A DNA stretch of 64,000 nucleotides from Macrostomum lignano (GCA_002269645.1 NIVC01000283.1:124001-188000), one strand, 5' to 3'. Counted from the first letter of the stretch, positions 24,114-35,375 are shown. Notes: generated by a model from the letters alone, not told the origin. Program-made: numbers and translations.

Positions 24114-24130
24114 TGGAGGTCCCACCGAGA
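24114..24130 (+). promoter_or_regulatory. Primer binding site complementary to the tRNA-Gln 3' end
   Basis: TGGAGGTCCCACCGAGA is the reverse complement of ...UCUCGGUGGGACCUCCA and lies 6 nt after the LTR. Confidence 0.85.
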
Positions 24131-24877
24131 CGGGCTGCTACTTACCGTTCGGTTTGAACACCAAACAAGTCAACAACAAGCCCGGGCTATCCAGGCGGCA
24201 GCCAAGAAGTGAATATTGGAATTGTCATAAAATTCTTATCGTGAGTCATAACCCTAGCCCAGCCAGCCAGCGTGTACAATTGCAACACAAGCCCAACCAA
24301 GCTGTACATTGCTTATCGCATTCTGTGGCTAATTGGCTACTCCGAGCGCCGCAAATAATTGTGCCCAACGGAATCAGTGCAATCTTAGTCAGCCTACACT
24401 GTCCTTTAACGCGAGTGGATCCAGTGCAAGCGCAGCCAACCCACCCCAAGGACAATTAATCTACGCGGCCTGCACTCTGCCTAGCTCAACAGTAATTGGC
24501 CACAGCTGCCAGCCTCGGCCTACACCAGTCCCAATTGACCCTTGGCGCGTCAACAGAGCTGCTTCTGCGTGTTAGCAACAGCTTGGAACGAACTGCTGGT
24601 TACGTCTAACTGGCCGGACAACTGCGACTGCACACCAGCGGTCAGCCAATCTGTGTGCGTGTGGTGAGTCTGTTTGCCTGTTTAAAAATAGGAGGTAGTC
24701 CCAGGTTGACGGGTTTAGATAGCGTTTGTGTCTGTGTCAGGGTTAGATTAGATCCCGCCAACTGCTGTCTGGGTTGCTTTCCCCTTTGCTTCTTTTCCTG
24801 CTTGCACCTGTTCGGTTGGTCGTCCCGATCATTGCTGGTGCAAAAAACTCGGCTTGGCGAGGTGATTAGGCTCTGGA

Positions 24878-26259
24878 ATGTCTAATAACGAGGATGGAGT
24901 GGTAGCCAATGTGGCTGGTCTTGAAGATGGTGGCTCTGTTAATAATGATGCTGGTGGAGCAAATGCTCAAGAATCTGAAAATGGAGCATCAGCTGCTGGT
25001 GGAGCTAATGCTCATGAATCTGAAAATGGAGCATCAGCTGCTGTTGGTTCGGCTGAAGCAGCGTTGCTCCCCGCTACTATGCAGAATTTCTTAGAAAGCT
25101 TCTCCCAGGTATTGGCCAATAGCTTAAATCGTGCATCAAATCCAACGGCACCATCGACCTCACCAAGAGCGTCTGAGGGCAGTGGTAATGTCCGCCTCCG
25201 ACCCCCACAACCCTACATGCCGAAAATGAGATTCGACTTGTGGCAAACGCAATTTCGCACTTACGTGGAGGCGCACAAAATTCCCAAGGAGCAGCAGTCA
25301 GCCATTTTGCTGTCCCTTTTATCGCCTGAATGCCAGGAGTATTGCTTTCACAACCAGTTGCATAAGCAAGATGCTGAGGTCGCACTAAAAGCATTGGACC
25401 TGCGCTACACGGATGTTTCGGAGAAGGACAAAAGTTATCTGGAACTAGCAAGTGCTCAGCAACATGATGCTGAAGATGTCCAAGAATACTTTGATCGACT
25501 AATAAGACTTTCACATGCTGCTAACTTGTCTCTCAAAGAGTCTGAGCCACTGGTCCGGGCCCGGTTCTGCCATGGGCTGCTAGATAGAAGCTTGGCCGAA
25601 AAGCTGCTGCTGGCCAGTCGGGAAGATCCTTCGCTATCCTCTGTTGACCTGGCCAAGAAGGCCAGGGAGATTACAGGTGTCCGACAGCTCTTGAACCTGG
25701 GCAGTCGGCGCTGGCTAAAGTCCGTTCTGTGGGTCCAGACAAGACTGCGGAGCTTGAAGCAAGGGTTAAAGAACTGGAAAAACTACTGGTGGAGCAGTCT
25801 AACCAAACATCAGTCAGGGCGTTTCAAAATGAAGTGCCAGTGGTTAGCGGGGTAGGCAATCCAAAGCAGACTCGATTTGCACAATCAGCGCCGCCCCATC
25901 AATTGGCATATGGCAAGGGAGCTCAGTTTAGCAGCCGACCGCCTAGAGCATGCTATCGATGCGGGTTAACAGATCATCTGGTCGCAGATTGCCCTCATCC
26001 ACCACCGCTAAATCACAGGGGTCGCTCTGGAAGAGAGCCAGGGAAGCAAAGAGCTGAACTAGTGGAGACCGGGGTCATCACCCAGTGGTTTCAGTCACAT
26101 GGGTTCATTCGGTCAGCGCTGATGGGAGACAATCTTTTTGTGCATGTCTCGCAGCTTGATCAAGAGCTTCGGGGCAGAGCGGCACCCCATAAATTGTTGG
26201 TCTCCGGGTCAGGTTTCGTCGGGTGGCCGACAGTGCAAAACCTAGTGATCGGGCCTTAG
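24878..26259 (+). CDS. gag: Gag (capsid-like region, CCHC zinc knuckle, N-terminal half of a cold-shock domain), interrupted by a -1 frameshift near 25690
   Basis: ORF 24878-25855 contains the gag-like FDLWQTQF...QEYFDRL...RARFCHGL. The next frame is open from about 25648 and contains CYRCGLTDHLVADC (25951-25992). Confidence 0.85.
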
Positions 26260-29200
26260 ACGTCTGCGAGTTGGCTTCGCCCCCGAATTGTGAGCAGTCC
26301 GCTGCGCAAGACACGGAGTTCCAGACCGATTCGAGTTATTTCGTGCAACTGGATGTCGGTGAGAGTCGAATCATTGCCTGCCTAGACTCTGGTGCCAACG
26401 CTAGTGTCATGGGAGTCCGAGTAAAGGATCAGCTAGTCGAGGCTGATCCCATTAACAACGTCTTCAAGCCGTCCACACAGCGACGCGCAGCTACCGCTTT
26501 CAATGGTACGTCAACTGAAATCTTAGGCACTTTGCGTTGCGAGGTTTCATTGGGAAAGCTGACCAGGACACAAGTCTTTTTAGTCATGGAAACAAGACTG
26601 TCTGATGTCTTGCTCGGTCTCGACTTTCTCAAGAGCTTCAGGGTCAACCTCTTAATTGCCGATGGTAAAGCTACAGTGGATGGAGAGGCCATTCCGATCA
26701 TTGAGGGTGACAGTAGTCTCTACCGCGTCAGGCGGGTGACATCAGCGTGTGACCTAGAAATGGCCCCCCGATCGGAAGCTATTGTCCCAAGTCGTGTCGC
26801 TGAAGCGGTCCCAGGGGCTCAAGGAGTCCTTGGACCGCGCCTTTTCCGTGGAGATGGGGAATGTCTGGTGGCCAGGTCCCTAGACAGTGTTAGTACAGGC
26901 CGCCATGTCCTGGTCCGTTTGCTTAACAGTGAAGATCAGACAATATCAATAAAAAGGGGGCAAGAAGTGGCCTCTTTTCAGGATGTAGGCGCTGATGAGG
27001 TTGTCACTCACACTCGGCTACATGAGCGTGATTTTTCGATCAATAACGCTGAAAGGTTGGGAAAACAGTTAGAAAAATTGCCTTACCCGGATAAAGCTAC
27101 TGCAGAGTGGCTCAAAGGGGAGTTTCGCCTGGGAAAATCAAATCTGACAACCCAACAACTGACAACAACTATAAAGTTGCTAAATTTCTTCCATAATCAA
27201 ATTTCAAAGTCCGACACCGATCTAGGAAAGACGTCGCTGACAGAGATGTCAATTGAGCTAAAAGACCAGACCTGTCGACCGGTATTTCAGCCCTCTCGGA
27301 GGACCACACCGGCACAGAAGGAGTTCCTGGACAAGCACATCTCCAAGTTGCTGGATTGTGGCGTAATAGAAGAATGTGACTCCGAGTGGTCGTCCCCAAT
27401 CGTGTTGGTGCGGAAAAAAGATGGGAGTCAAAGGCTTTGCGTTGATTATCGACAGACCAATAAAGTGATCAAACCTTGTAGCTTCCCGCTACCACTGGTT
27501 GACGAGTCGTTTGACAGCTTGTCGGGGGCACAGGTCTTTTCCAGTCTTGACCTAACATCCGCCTACTGGCAAGTCGGGATCCGTGAGCAAGACAGGGACC
27601 TCACTGCTTTTTCTTGCCCACAAGGCACCTTCAGGTGGAAGGTCGTCCCGTTCGGCATCAAGACCGCCCCGGCAACTTTTGCGCGGTTGATGCACCGGGT
27701 CTTCCAACCCCTGCTGCTTAAGGTCAGCTTGATTTACTTGGATGACGTCATTGTGAAAGCAAGGGATAATGATCAGATGATTGTTAATTTAGCGCTAGTG
27801 CTGTGGAGGTTGCAAAAAGCAAATTTAAAAATCAAACCTAGTAAGTGTGAACTGTTTAAGGACAAAGTGCGGTTCCTCGGGTTCGTGGTATCCGGACAAG
27901 GCATAGAAGCTGACCCAGAGAAAACCGATGCCGTTCGCGATTGGCCAACTCCGAGTAATCAGAAGCAGCTCTTGTCGTTCTTAGGCTTCTGTAATTATTA
28001 CAGAAAATTTGTTCCCAGGTTCTCAGTGATAGCCGCACCGCTGTACAGCCTGGCAAGGGGGGCGGAGAAGTTTGCCTGGCAAGAAAAGCACCAAAAAGCA
28101 TTCACTGAGCTGAAGTCAAGCCTCTGCTCACCTCCGGTCCTAGCCTACCCGGACTTTTCACCGAATGCCGGGTCATTTATCTTGGACTGCGACAGCTCCC
28201 TCGAGGGGGTTGGCGCTGTCTTGTCGCAACAAGGTGCTGATGGTCAGGAAAATGTGATCAGCTACGCTTCAAAAAAATTTACCGCCGCGCAGCGAAATTA
28301 TTGTGCCACGATGAGAGAGCTCTTGGGCGTGGTGATCATGCTCGAGAACTTCAGAGTCTATTTGCTTGATCATCCCTTCATCGTGCGCACTGACGCGGCA
28401 GCGTTGAAGTGGTTGCACGCCAAGAGACATGCCACAGGCATGCTGGCCCAATGGTTGGCCACGATCGAAGCCTATGATTTCAAAATCGATCAAACACCTC
28501 TTGAGCGCCTGGGGGAATACGACTTTGAGGTCAAACACAGGGCTGGACAAGAACATTCAAATGCCGATTTTCTAAGCCGGAACCCAAAGTTCCGGGCGGA
28601 TCATTACGACTGCCCAACATGCAGCCAGATACCGGAGTTTAAGGAAAAATTCATTGGAAACGCCAAAAGTGCGTCTGTAGTCGTACGGGCGGCCAGAGGG
28701 AAAAAGATTCAGACACGCACTGTTGCTATCCAGACGGAGAGCAATGAGAACTGCGATTTGACGCCCGACCACAAGGAGGCTGAGGCTCAGACCCCACAGC
28801 AGCTGGAAGCGCTCTCTGGGAATACTGATCAAAAGCAAACGGAAACTGAACTGCCAACGCCTGCTGAAACGCCGGCAATCCGAGCAGTGGGGCACCCTAT
28901 TAGATCAGAGGCTGGAAGCAACTCCGAGTCTGATGAAGAGTGGTCAGATCAGCAAGAAGAAAACTGGGCTAGGCAAGCTCAGGAGTCCTCAATTGACATC
29001 ATGAGGCTAGTAGAAGCTGTGAAGAATGAGCGAAAGCCAAGTAGCGAAGAGCTTCAGTCGTGCAGTCGTGAGGTCCGAATATTGTATTCAAATTTTGAGA
29101 GACTCACTCTAAATGAGGGCCTGTTATACCTCCAGAAACCGTCCAAAAAGGGTAGGCCTTCTCGCTCTGTCTTAGTCGTTCCCGAGACGGCGAACGTCGA

Positions 29201-30845
29201 TGAAGTCGTCTTGAATTATCACCAAGCTCTGAATCACAGTGGGGTAACAAAAACCACGAAAGCACTAAAGAACCGTTTCAAAATCACTGCGTTAACAACC
29301 CATGTCACAGGAATAATCTCTGAATGTGAGACTTGTGCTCGAACTAAGAAAAACAAGAAGAAAAATAAGGAACCGATGCAGCCCACCCTTGCTGGCTATC
29401 CAGGCCAAGTGGTGCACGTGGACCATGCAGGCCCATTCTCAGAACAAGATGGCAACAGGTACCTGCTGGTTCTTATTGACCGCTTCACCAGCTGGGTCGA
29501 AATAATTCCGGTACCAGATACAACTGCCGAAACCACCGCTCAAACAATCTTGACCGAATGGGTCGTCAGGTACGGGGCGATGGAAGCAATTGTGTCCGAC
29601 AATGGCACAGCTTTCATCAATCATGTATTGGAGGAGCTGACTAGCCTCCTTGAAATCGGAAAAGTTCGGATCGTAGCTCGCCGTCCCCAAGCCAACGGCA
29701 AGGTTGAAAGGGCGATTCAGACAATAAAGAGCCAGATCCGCGCCGTGTGTCAGGACAGGGAGTGCAATTGGCCACTGGCGGCCCGCCTCGTTGGCATGTC
29801 AGTCAGAGCGTCGGAAGCTGAGTCCACCGGCTTTACGCCAGCGCGCCTATTCCTAGGGCGCGAGCTCGTATTCCCTCTAGACCTAATATATGGGTCTCCA
29901 GTGCAGGACCAGTTTCAGCCTAACAGGTTCGCCCATAAACTATATCACGAGCTTGTGTCCGTCTCGACCTTGGCCAGACAGATTCGCGGTAAAGCCCAAC
30001 AGCGCCAGAAGCGCTACTACGATCGGGGCACCCACCATTCGGTATTCAAGGAAGGTGAGCTTGTATGGGTCTTGAACCCGGACCACAAGGGTCTGGACAC
30101 GGCGGTGTGGTTGGGGCCGTACAAGATCATTGAAAAGATCTCTGACAGAAACTACCGACTTGTCCCAGAGTCAGACACCGGGATGCCGAACCCAAGGCAC
30201 AATGTTTACAACATCGACAGGCTAAAAAGGTGTGTGAGAAAGCCCGCGTACATCGATTTGATCGACAAATTCGGACAGGCATCCGCACCGGGAGAGACTC
30301 GATCTTCAAATCCGGCTCAGCAGCCCTCGACTGACAGGTCCGTCTCCACAGTCTGCGTTCAGAGGCGTTCTCTAGATCGAGACTGGGAGGAGTCGGAGGA
30401 GGGAAGTTCGATTCCTGCTAGTAGCAGGCGGAACCCGGCATCGGAAGAGCCTCCTGCCCACAGTGCTCAAGGGGCCACGTCTGGAACGACCGCTAGTAGG
30501 GTTTCAGGGTCGGTAGCGGTGACAGTCGGTGGTGAAAGTCGACGAGAGCTAGGTCAAGACACTGAGGAGGTCAAGCAGCAGGTCTCGAGGACCGATTCGA
30601 GCCACTCGCGGCCAGAGTCAGATCAGTTGCCAAGCGAGGAACTTGGTGACCTCAAGCTGGAGCCACAATCAGACAATTCTCCTGCCACTACAGTTACTGA
30701 GAGCGTCAGTTCTCAGACGTCTCAATCCGTTGCTGCGAGGCCGCCTATCACCACCAGGTCTGGTCGAGTTGTGCGCAGGCCGGCAAGGTTCTTGGCGGCT
30801 TTTATCGATCGGTGCTCCAGGAAGGGAAGCACTGGGTCGGGGTAG
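26193..30845 (+). CDS. pol: Pol polyprotein: aspartic protease, reverse transcriptase, RNase H, integrase with GPY/F motif
   Basis: Motifs LDSGA (PR); PFGIKTAP and YLDD (RT); DSS...ELLG...RTD...NADFLSR (RH); HHCC region, DHAGP, SDNG and GKVER (IN); WLGPY. The frame is open from 26193. Confidence 0.96.
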   Translation: MVGLRVRFRRVADSAKPSDRALDVCELASPPNCEQSAAQDTEFQTDSSYFVQLDVGESRIIACLDSGANASVMGVRVKDQLVEADPINNVFKPSTQRRAATAFNGTSTEILGTLRCEVSLGKLTRTQVFLVMETRLSDVLLGLDFLKSFRVNLLIADGKATVDGEAIPIIEGDSSLYRVRRVTSACDLEMAPRSEAIVPSRVAEAVPGAQGVLGPRLFRGDGECLVARSLDSVSTGRHVLVRLLNSEDQTISIKRGQEVASFQDVGADEVVTHTRLHERDFSINNAERLGKQLEKLPYPDKATAEWLKGEFRLGKSNLTTQQLTTTIKLLNFFHNQISKSDTDLGKTSLTEMSIELKDQTCRPVFQPSRRTTPAQKEFLDKHISKLLDCGVIEECDSEWSSPIVLVRKKDGSQRLCVDYRQTNKVIKPCSFPLPLVDESFDSLSGAQVFSSLDLTSAYWQVGIREQDRDLTAFSCPQGTFRWKVVPFGIKTAPATFARLMHRVFQPLLLKVSLIYLDDVIVKARDNDQMIVNLALVLWRLQKANLKIKPSKCELFKDKVRFLGFVVSGQGIEADPEKTDAVRDWPTPSNQKQLLSFLGFCNYYRKFVPRFSVIAAPLYSLARGAEKFAWQEKHQKAFTELKSSLCSPPVLAYPDFSPNAGSFILDCDSSLEGVGAVLSQQGADGQENVISYASKKFTAAQRNYCATMRELLGVVIMLENFRVYLLDHPFIVRTDAAALKWLHAKRHATGMLAQWLATIEAYDFKIDQTPLERLGEYDFEVKHRAGQEHSNADFLSRNPKFRADHYDCPTCSQIPEFKEKFIGNAKSASVVVRAARGKKIQTRTVAIQTESNENCDLTPDHKEAEAQTPQQLEALSGNTDQKQTETELPTPAETPAIRAVGHPIRSEAGSNSESDEEWSDQQEENWARQAQESSIDIMRLVEAVKNERKPSSEELQSCSREVRILYSNFERLTLNEGLLYLQKPSKKGRPSRSVLVVPETANVDEVVLNYHQALNHSGVTKTTKALKNRFKITALTTHVTGIISECETCARTKKNKKKNKEPMQPTLAGYPGQVVHVDHAGPFSEQDGNRYLLVLIDRFTSWVEIIPVPDTTAETTAQTILTEWVVRYGAMEAIVSDNGTAFINHVLEELTSLLEIGKVRIVARRPQANGKVERAIQTIKSQIRAVCQDRECNWPLAARLVGMSVRASEAESTGFTPARLFLGRELVFPLDLIYGSPVQDQFQPNRFAHKLYHELVSVSTLARQIRGKAQQRQKRYYDRGTHHSVFKEGELVWVLNPDHKGLDTAVWLGPYKIIEKISDRNYRLVPESDTGMPNPRHNVYNIDRLKRCVRKPAYIDLIDKFGQASAPGETRSSNPAQQPSTDRSVSTVCVQRRSLDRDWEESEEGSSIPASSRRNPASEEPPAHSAQGATSGTTASRVSGSVAVTVGGESRRELGQDTEEVKQQVSRTDSSHSRPESDQLPSEELGDLKLEPQSDNSPATTVTESVSSQTSQSVAARPPITTRSGRVVRRPARFLAAFIDRCSRKGSTGSG

Positions 30846-31081
30846 TCCCTGCCCTTTCGGGGGGTGTAGTCTGCTGCCTGTGATGTGCTCCTCCGGGGTG
30901 GCTTCTGTTGCTTTGGGGCGGTGCCCTTCCGGTGTGGTTGCTCTTTGTTTTTTTCTGTGTTGCTGGCCGTTGTGGTGGGTTGCCGTGGTTATGTTTGGCT
31001 GTGTTGTGTGGTGCCTGGTGCCGTGCTGTGCGCTCCTCTGTGTGGCTGGTTATCTGTTGTTCCGTTGTCTGGTGCGGGTTT

Positions 31082-31497
31082 CTGCTGGCGGCAGTCGGCC
31101 GCTTCATCATCTGCTGGCGGCAGTCGGCCGCTTCATCAACTGCTGGCGGCAGTCGGCCGCTTCATCATCTGCTGGCGGCAGTCGGCCGCTTCATCAACTG
31201 CTGGCGGCAGTCGGCCGCTTCATCATCTGCTGGCGGCAGTCGGCCGCTTCATCATCTGCTGGCGGCATCCGGCCGCTTCATCATCTGCTGGCGGCATCCG
31301 GCCGCTTCATCATCTGCTGGCGGCAGCCGGCCGCTTCATCATCTGCTGGCGGCAGCCGGCCGCTTCATCATCTGCTGGCGGCATCCGGCCGCTTCATCAT
31401 CTGCTGGCGGCATCCGGCCGCTTCATCATCTGCTGGCGGCAGCCGGCCGCTTCATCATCTGCTGGCGGCAGCCGGCCGCTTCATCAACTGCTGGCCG
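31082..31497. repeat. 29-bp tandem repeat in the retrotransposon 3' UTR (CTGCTGGCGGCAGTCGGCCGCTTCATCAT)
   Basis: Period is 29 (31082, 31111), about 14 copies. Confidence 0.93.
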
Positions 31498-31881
31498 CGC
31501 AGTGCAAGTTCTTGGCGCGGTGTTCGAGTCTGAGGCGTCTGCAGCACGGGTCCCGTCGATGCTGTCAGTAAATTTTGTCATAATTATCAATATTCAGTTG
31601 TTACTACTTATTCGTTATTAGGCTTCCTTGTTCGCGCGAATATCACATTTTACTCCTCTATCCAAATGCTAGCTGCGCATGCGTTTAAAAATCAATCAAT
31701 CCTTGTTGCTGTTTCGTTGGAATGTTCAATTTTACTCCATCGTTCTACTTTGCGAAATTATCTTCAATTGTTCAAAAAATTCGATTTTTGCAACGCGGCC
31801 CAATCGTACCAAATTCATTTTGAAAAACAATGTTCGAAATCACTACTTGAAGTAGAAAGCGCTTCGTTTTTTTGTTTTTTT

Positions 31882-31895
31882 GGGAGAGAGGCGAG
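31882..31895 (+). promoter_or_regulatory. Polypurine tract
   Basis: GGGAGAGAGGCGAG immediately precedes the 3' LTR. Confidence 0.85.
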
Positions 31896-32419
31896 TGTGA
31901 CGTTGGTGGTTCTTTTATTCTCCCAGTTCGTCGATTAATATCTACTAAAAAGTATTTAATATGTACTTTATTTATATCAATTGGTTTCACTTTTATGTTT
32001 ATTGAAACTAGTAAGCAATGCTTTGTTTTACTGCATTAAATAGTTATATTTAACATTTTGAATTCTGTGGCTTCGGAGAAGACTGAGCGTGGTGTGCGGC
32101 TGCTGTTCCTATCGCCAGTCATTTGATTTTAGTAAACACTGATTGATTTTAGTAAACACTGAAAAAAACAGTAGTTCAAGATCGCTCTCAATTTAGTAGT
32201 GTTACCCACTAAGGTCATCTTCGAAGCCATTCCATTGACACTGCAATTGTTCGTTACCAGTTAGCATCAGCAATAACCACTACATGTGTAACCTGCAAAT
32301 ATACATAATCCGTAATCGAATTATCGGCGCCGTCAGTTATCGTCACCACTAACTGTGTGTTTACTCACTACTTTAATAGCAGCCCGTCAGCACGCGAACT
32401 CGGACCAGATATCGTCACA
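31896..32419 (+). repeat. 3' LTR
   Basis: Direct repeat of 23584-24107, followed by the TCAT TSD. Confidence 0.96.
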
Positions 32420-33034
32420 TCATATTCACCTGCTTTCACCTGTTGAAGGTCCAGAAGCACCGCCTGGGTGAGCTGATGTAGGTACATGTGCTCGACATGC
32501 TGAGGAAATTTAGAGGCTTGTGAAGACTGCACTGAGGCGCCTCCAGCGTAATTATTTCATCGAAAAAACTGACTGATTGAATTCTAACTCTCATAAAGAT
32601 TGCATCACATTGCAGGCTTTTAATTTTGTTTATCGTCAGTTTACTGGCTGAAGTGGGAGTCCAACTAAATTGAGTCACAGTATTGAAAATAAAGTGTGGA
32701 AGCAAATAGCACCAGACTTGGTTGCGTAACCAAATTGTTGACCAATTAATGGAGACTGATACTGACTGACAAAAAAAAAACTTTTACGTCATAAATACTT
32801 CATGTGACAACAATTAGGATCGAGTAACTAAGCCAACTTAATGTGAGTTTTGAATTAAAAATGCTACGATGATTCATGCCGAGAGCTTAGATGTGAAAAG
32901 ACTTGAACTGATAAAGCAGCTACGGGAGTTCAATTTTTAAGTGTATATATACTCTTATTAAATAATTGTTAAAGATAAAAACTAGAAAGTCAATAAAAAA
33001 ATAAAAAAATAAAAGAAAAATCTTGTCAAACACA

Positions 33035-33423
33035 AAAAAGCGTCATGTCAAACATAAAAGAAGCGTTATTTAAACAATAAAAGAAGCGTCATGTCAAACA
33101 TAAAAGAAGCGTTATTTAAACAATAAAAGAAGCGTCATGTCAAACATAAAAGAAGCGTTATTTAAACAATAAAAGAAGCGTCATGTCAAACATAAAAGAA
33201 GCGTTATTTAAACAATAAAAGAAGCGTCATGTCAAACATAAAAGAAGCGTTATTTAAACAATAAAAGAAGCGTCATGTCAAACATAAAAGAAGCGTTATT
33301 TAAACAATAAAAGAAGCGTCATGTCAAACATAAAAGAAGCGTTATTTAAACAATAAAAGAAGCGTCATGTCAAACATAAAAGAAGCGTTATGTAAACAAT
33401 AAAAGAAGCGTCATGTCAAACAT
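33035..33423. repeat. 46-bp tandem repeat made of two alternating 23-bp subunits
   Basis: AAAAGAAGCGTCATGTCAAACAT alternates with AAAAGAAGCGTTATTTAAACAAT. Period is 46 (33061, 33107). Confidence 0.93.
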
Positions 33424-33834
33424 AATTAAGATTCACTGGGGAATAACTCTGAGATGTCAAAGCTCGGGGGGAATCGCTACGAATATAATGCTGTGACTAT
33501 TGTTAAGAATTTCTGAGATTTCAAAACTGAGAGGTCAGAAGCTACATGTAGTTTATTTAAAAATTTTATCTCATTTTCTGTTGCCTCCCCAACGGGGGGC
33601 GCCGATTGCTAGCATTAAATAATACTACACTGCGTTAATAAATGTAGACATTACTTCGAAGTAGAATTAAGACGTGAAGGTGAGAGGCGCTGCAGCCATA
33701 GCCAGTTGCAATCAGAAGTCGGAGATCGGAGATCCAAGGGGTCCGTCGGCTTCAGACAGTTTCATGAGATGGCATCGGGAGCATCTCTCATTGGAAAAAA
33801 AATTTATGGCTTTACCTTACGGATTGTACCCGAA

Positions 33835-34535
33835 TCAGTCCTTGGTGCGGCCTTCATTATTTTTTGGTGTCTCCAGTAGGCTTGCGTGTACTTCGGCTTC
33901 ACGCAAAGCTTGCTTGAACGTCAGTTCTTTATGGTTCTTGATAATCAGCTTGCCGATAATTGCTTGGCTGTTCAGACCACATATGAAGTGATCTCTCAAC
34001 CGCTCGTCTTTGTTTGAAAACTCGCACTTCTCCGCTCCCTTTAGCAGTCTTTCGGAAAAGGCACGAACTTGCTCTGTTGCTTCGCGTCTGATATTTTGAA
34101 AGTTGAACCCTTCAGCCAATACGTATGTCTTTGGCTGCAGGATTTCTTCCGGTGCTTCTTTCAGCTGAGCAAAGGATTTCTTGCCAGGTTTTTCCGGTTC
34201 CAAATGATCGGCCAGCTTGTCATACAGCTGGGGAGAGATCCTCAAGAGCAGTACACGTGCCTTGTTAGCGTCAGTCCAGCTAAAACACTGTGCAGCGATA
34301 TCAAAGCGATCCATCCAGTGGTCGAGATATTGCTGCTCTCTTCTAGCCGCTCAATCTCGTTCAACCCTGATGTATGGAGAACGCCTTGACTTTGGACAGC
34401 CTCGTGATCTTGCTCGGTGACTTTGTGCCGTTTCCGGTCACCAGGACAGCGCGATGGCTTGGAGATTTTGTTGGCGACTTTGACATTGTCCCTGTAACTG
34501 TTTGTAACCAGTGCTTGTGACGCCACTGTTACGTA
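33835..34535 (-). mobile_element. Truncated second gypsy-type element: gag remnant with LTR-end/PBS-like junction
   Basis: WMDRFDIAAQC...KSFAQLKE...FSERLLKGAEKCEF...ERLRDHFICGL is typical gypsy gag. Upstream on the minus strand is ...GTAACA followed by G-TGGCGTCACAAG (34527-34511). Confidence 0.75.
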
Positions 34536-35226
34536 GCACTAGGGGGACGGAGTCATGAATGTAACGCGAGCCTTCTGCTTGTATATTTCAGCGCTCAAGC
34601 CCAGTGTCTTGCTAAACGAATTACTTTTTATTTCGCTCTGCAGAGCTTATACTTTGTACAAATAAAAGTACTGTGGTGGCTCACATATCGATAGCACTGA
34701 TTGAGCCCACACACAGCAGATAGTGAAATATTGAAACGGTTTTGGCACGCTAATGGAGGTAAAAATGTTGAGTAAATTAAGCCAGTGAACGTAAGATTCT
34801 GAAAATATTACGGCTATATCAAGGCGAAAACTTTCAAAATAGACCGATTAGATTAATTTCTGCGATATCCAACTTTTTCGGTGAGCATTACTATCTAATT
34901 ATTCCTGCATGCTGAAGACTGCGTCAAACGCAAAAGCACGAGAGCGCAAAAATTAGTTCGATTGGCAACAACAGTTAAACTAAAATGACGTGCAAAGGCT
35001 GGCTATTGCAGCTGGCTCTAAATCCTACAATGAGATTTACGTCCACGTGTCTATAGAATATTGATACTTTATAAATAAGGTGTCTGCTTCTGGGCCAAAT
35101 CTTTGCTCTTAAGTTTCTTTCGAGATCGGGGAGAAAATTACCTGCGATTTGATCAGCAACAACTGACAAACTAACATGGCGTGCAAAGGCTGGTACAGCG
35201 ACAATGATTTTTATCCACAAGCTCAG

Positions 35227-35375
35227 CTTATCTTGGCTGCTTCATCGACAACGCAGCCCGCGACCTGCCCAAGGTGGTGAGCGCTGGAGTGAGGACCAAT
35301 AGCCACTACTGCATCAATCTGTGCAAGCGTGCCGAGAGTGGGCCCTGGGCGGGCCGCCAGCGATATGTTTGTCAT
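35227..35375 (+). pseudogene. WSC-domain exon fragment
   Basis: After an AG at 35225-35226 the frame reads YLGCFIDNAARDLP...SHYCINLCKR...WAGRQRYVC, matching the WSC pattern YxGCFxD...C...C...AG. It ends in a copy of the 40-bp minisatellite unit. Confidence 0.6.

Larger units (their letters stand above)
23584..32419 (+). mobile_element. Full-length Ty3/gypsy LTR retrotransposon, 8836 bp
   Basis: Two 524-bp LTRs with TGTGACG...CGTCACA termini. 4-bp TSD TCAT (23580-23583 and 32420-32423). PBS, PPT, gag and PR-RT-RH-IN order all present. Confidence 0.97.

Noticed and set aside
30643-31621. Possible env-like or extra ORFs downstream of pol
   Set aside because: They overlap in three frames across the 29-bp repeat and GT-rich low-complexity sequence, with no env features.
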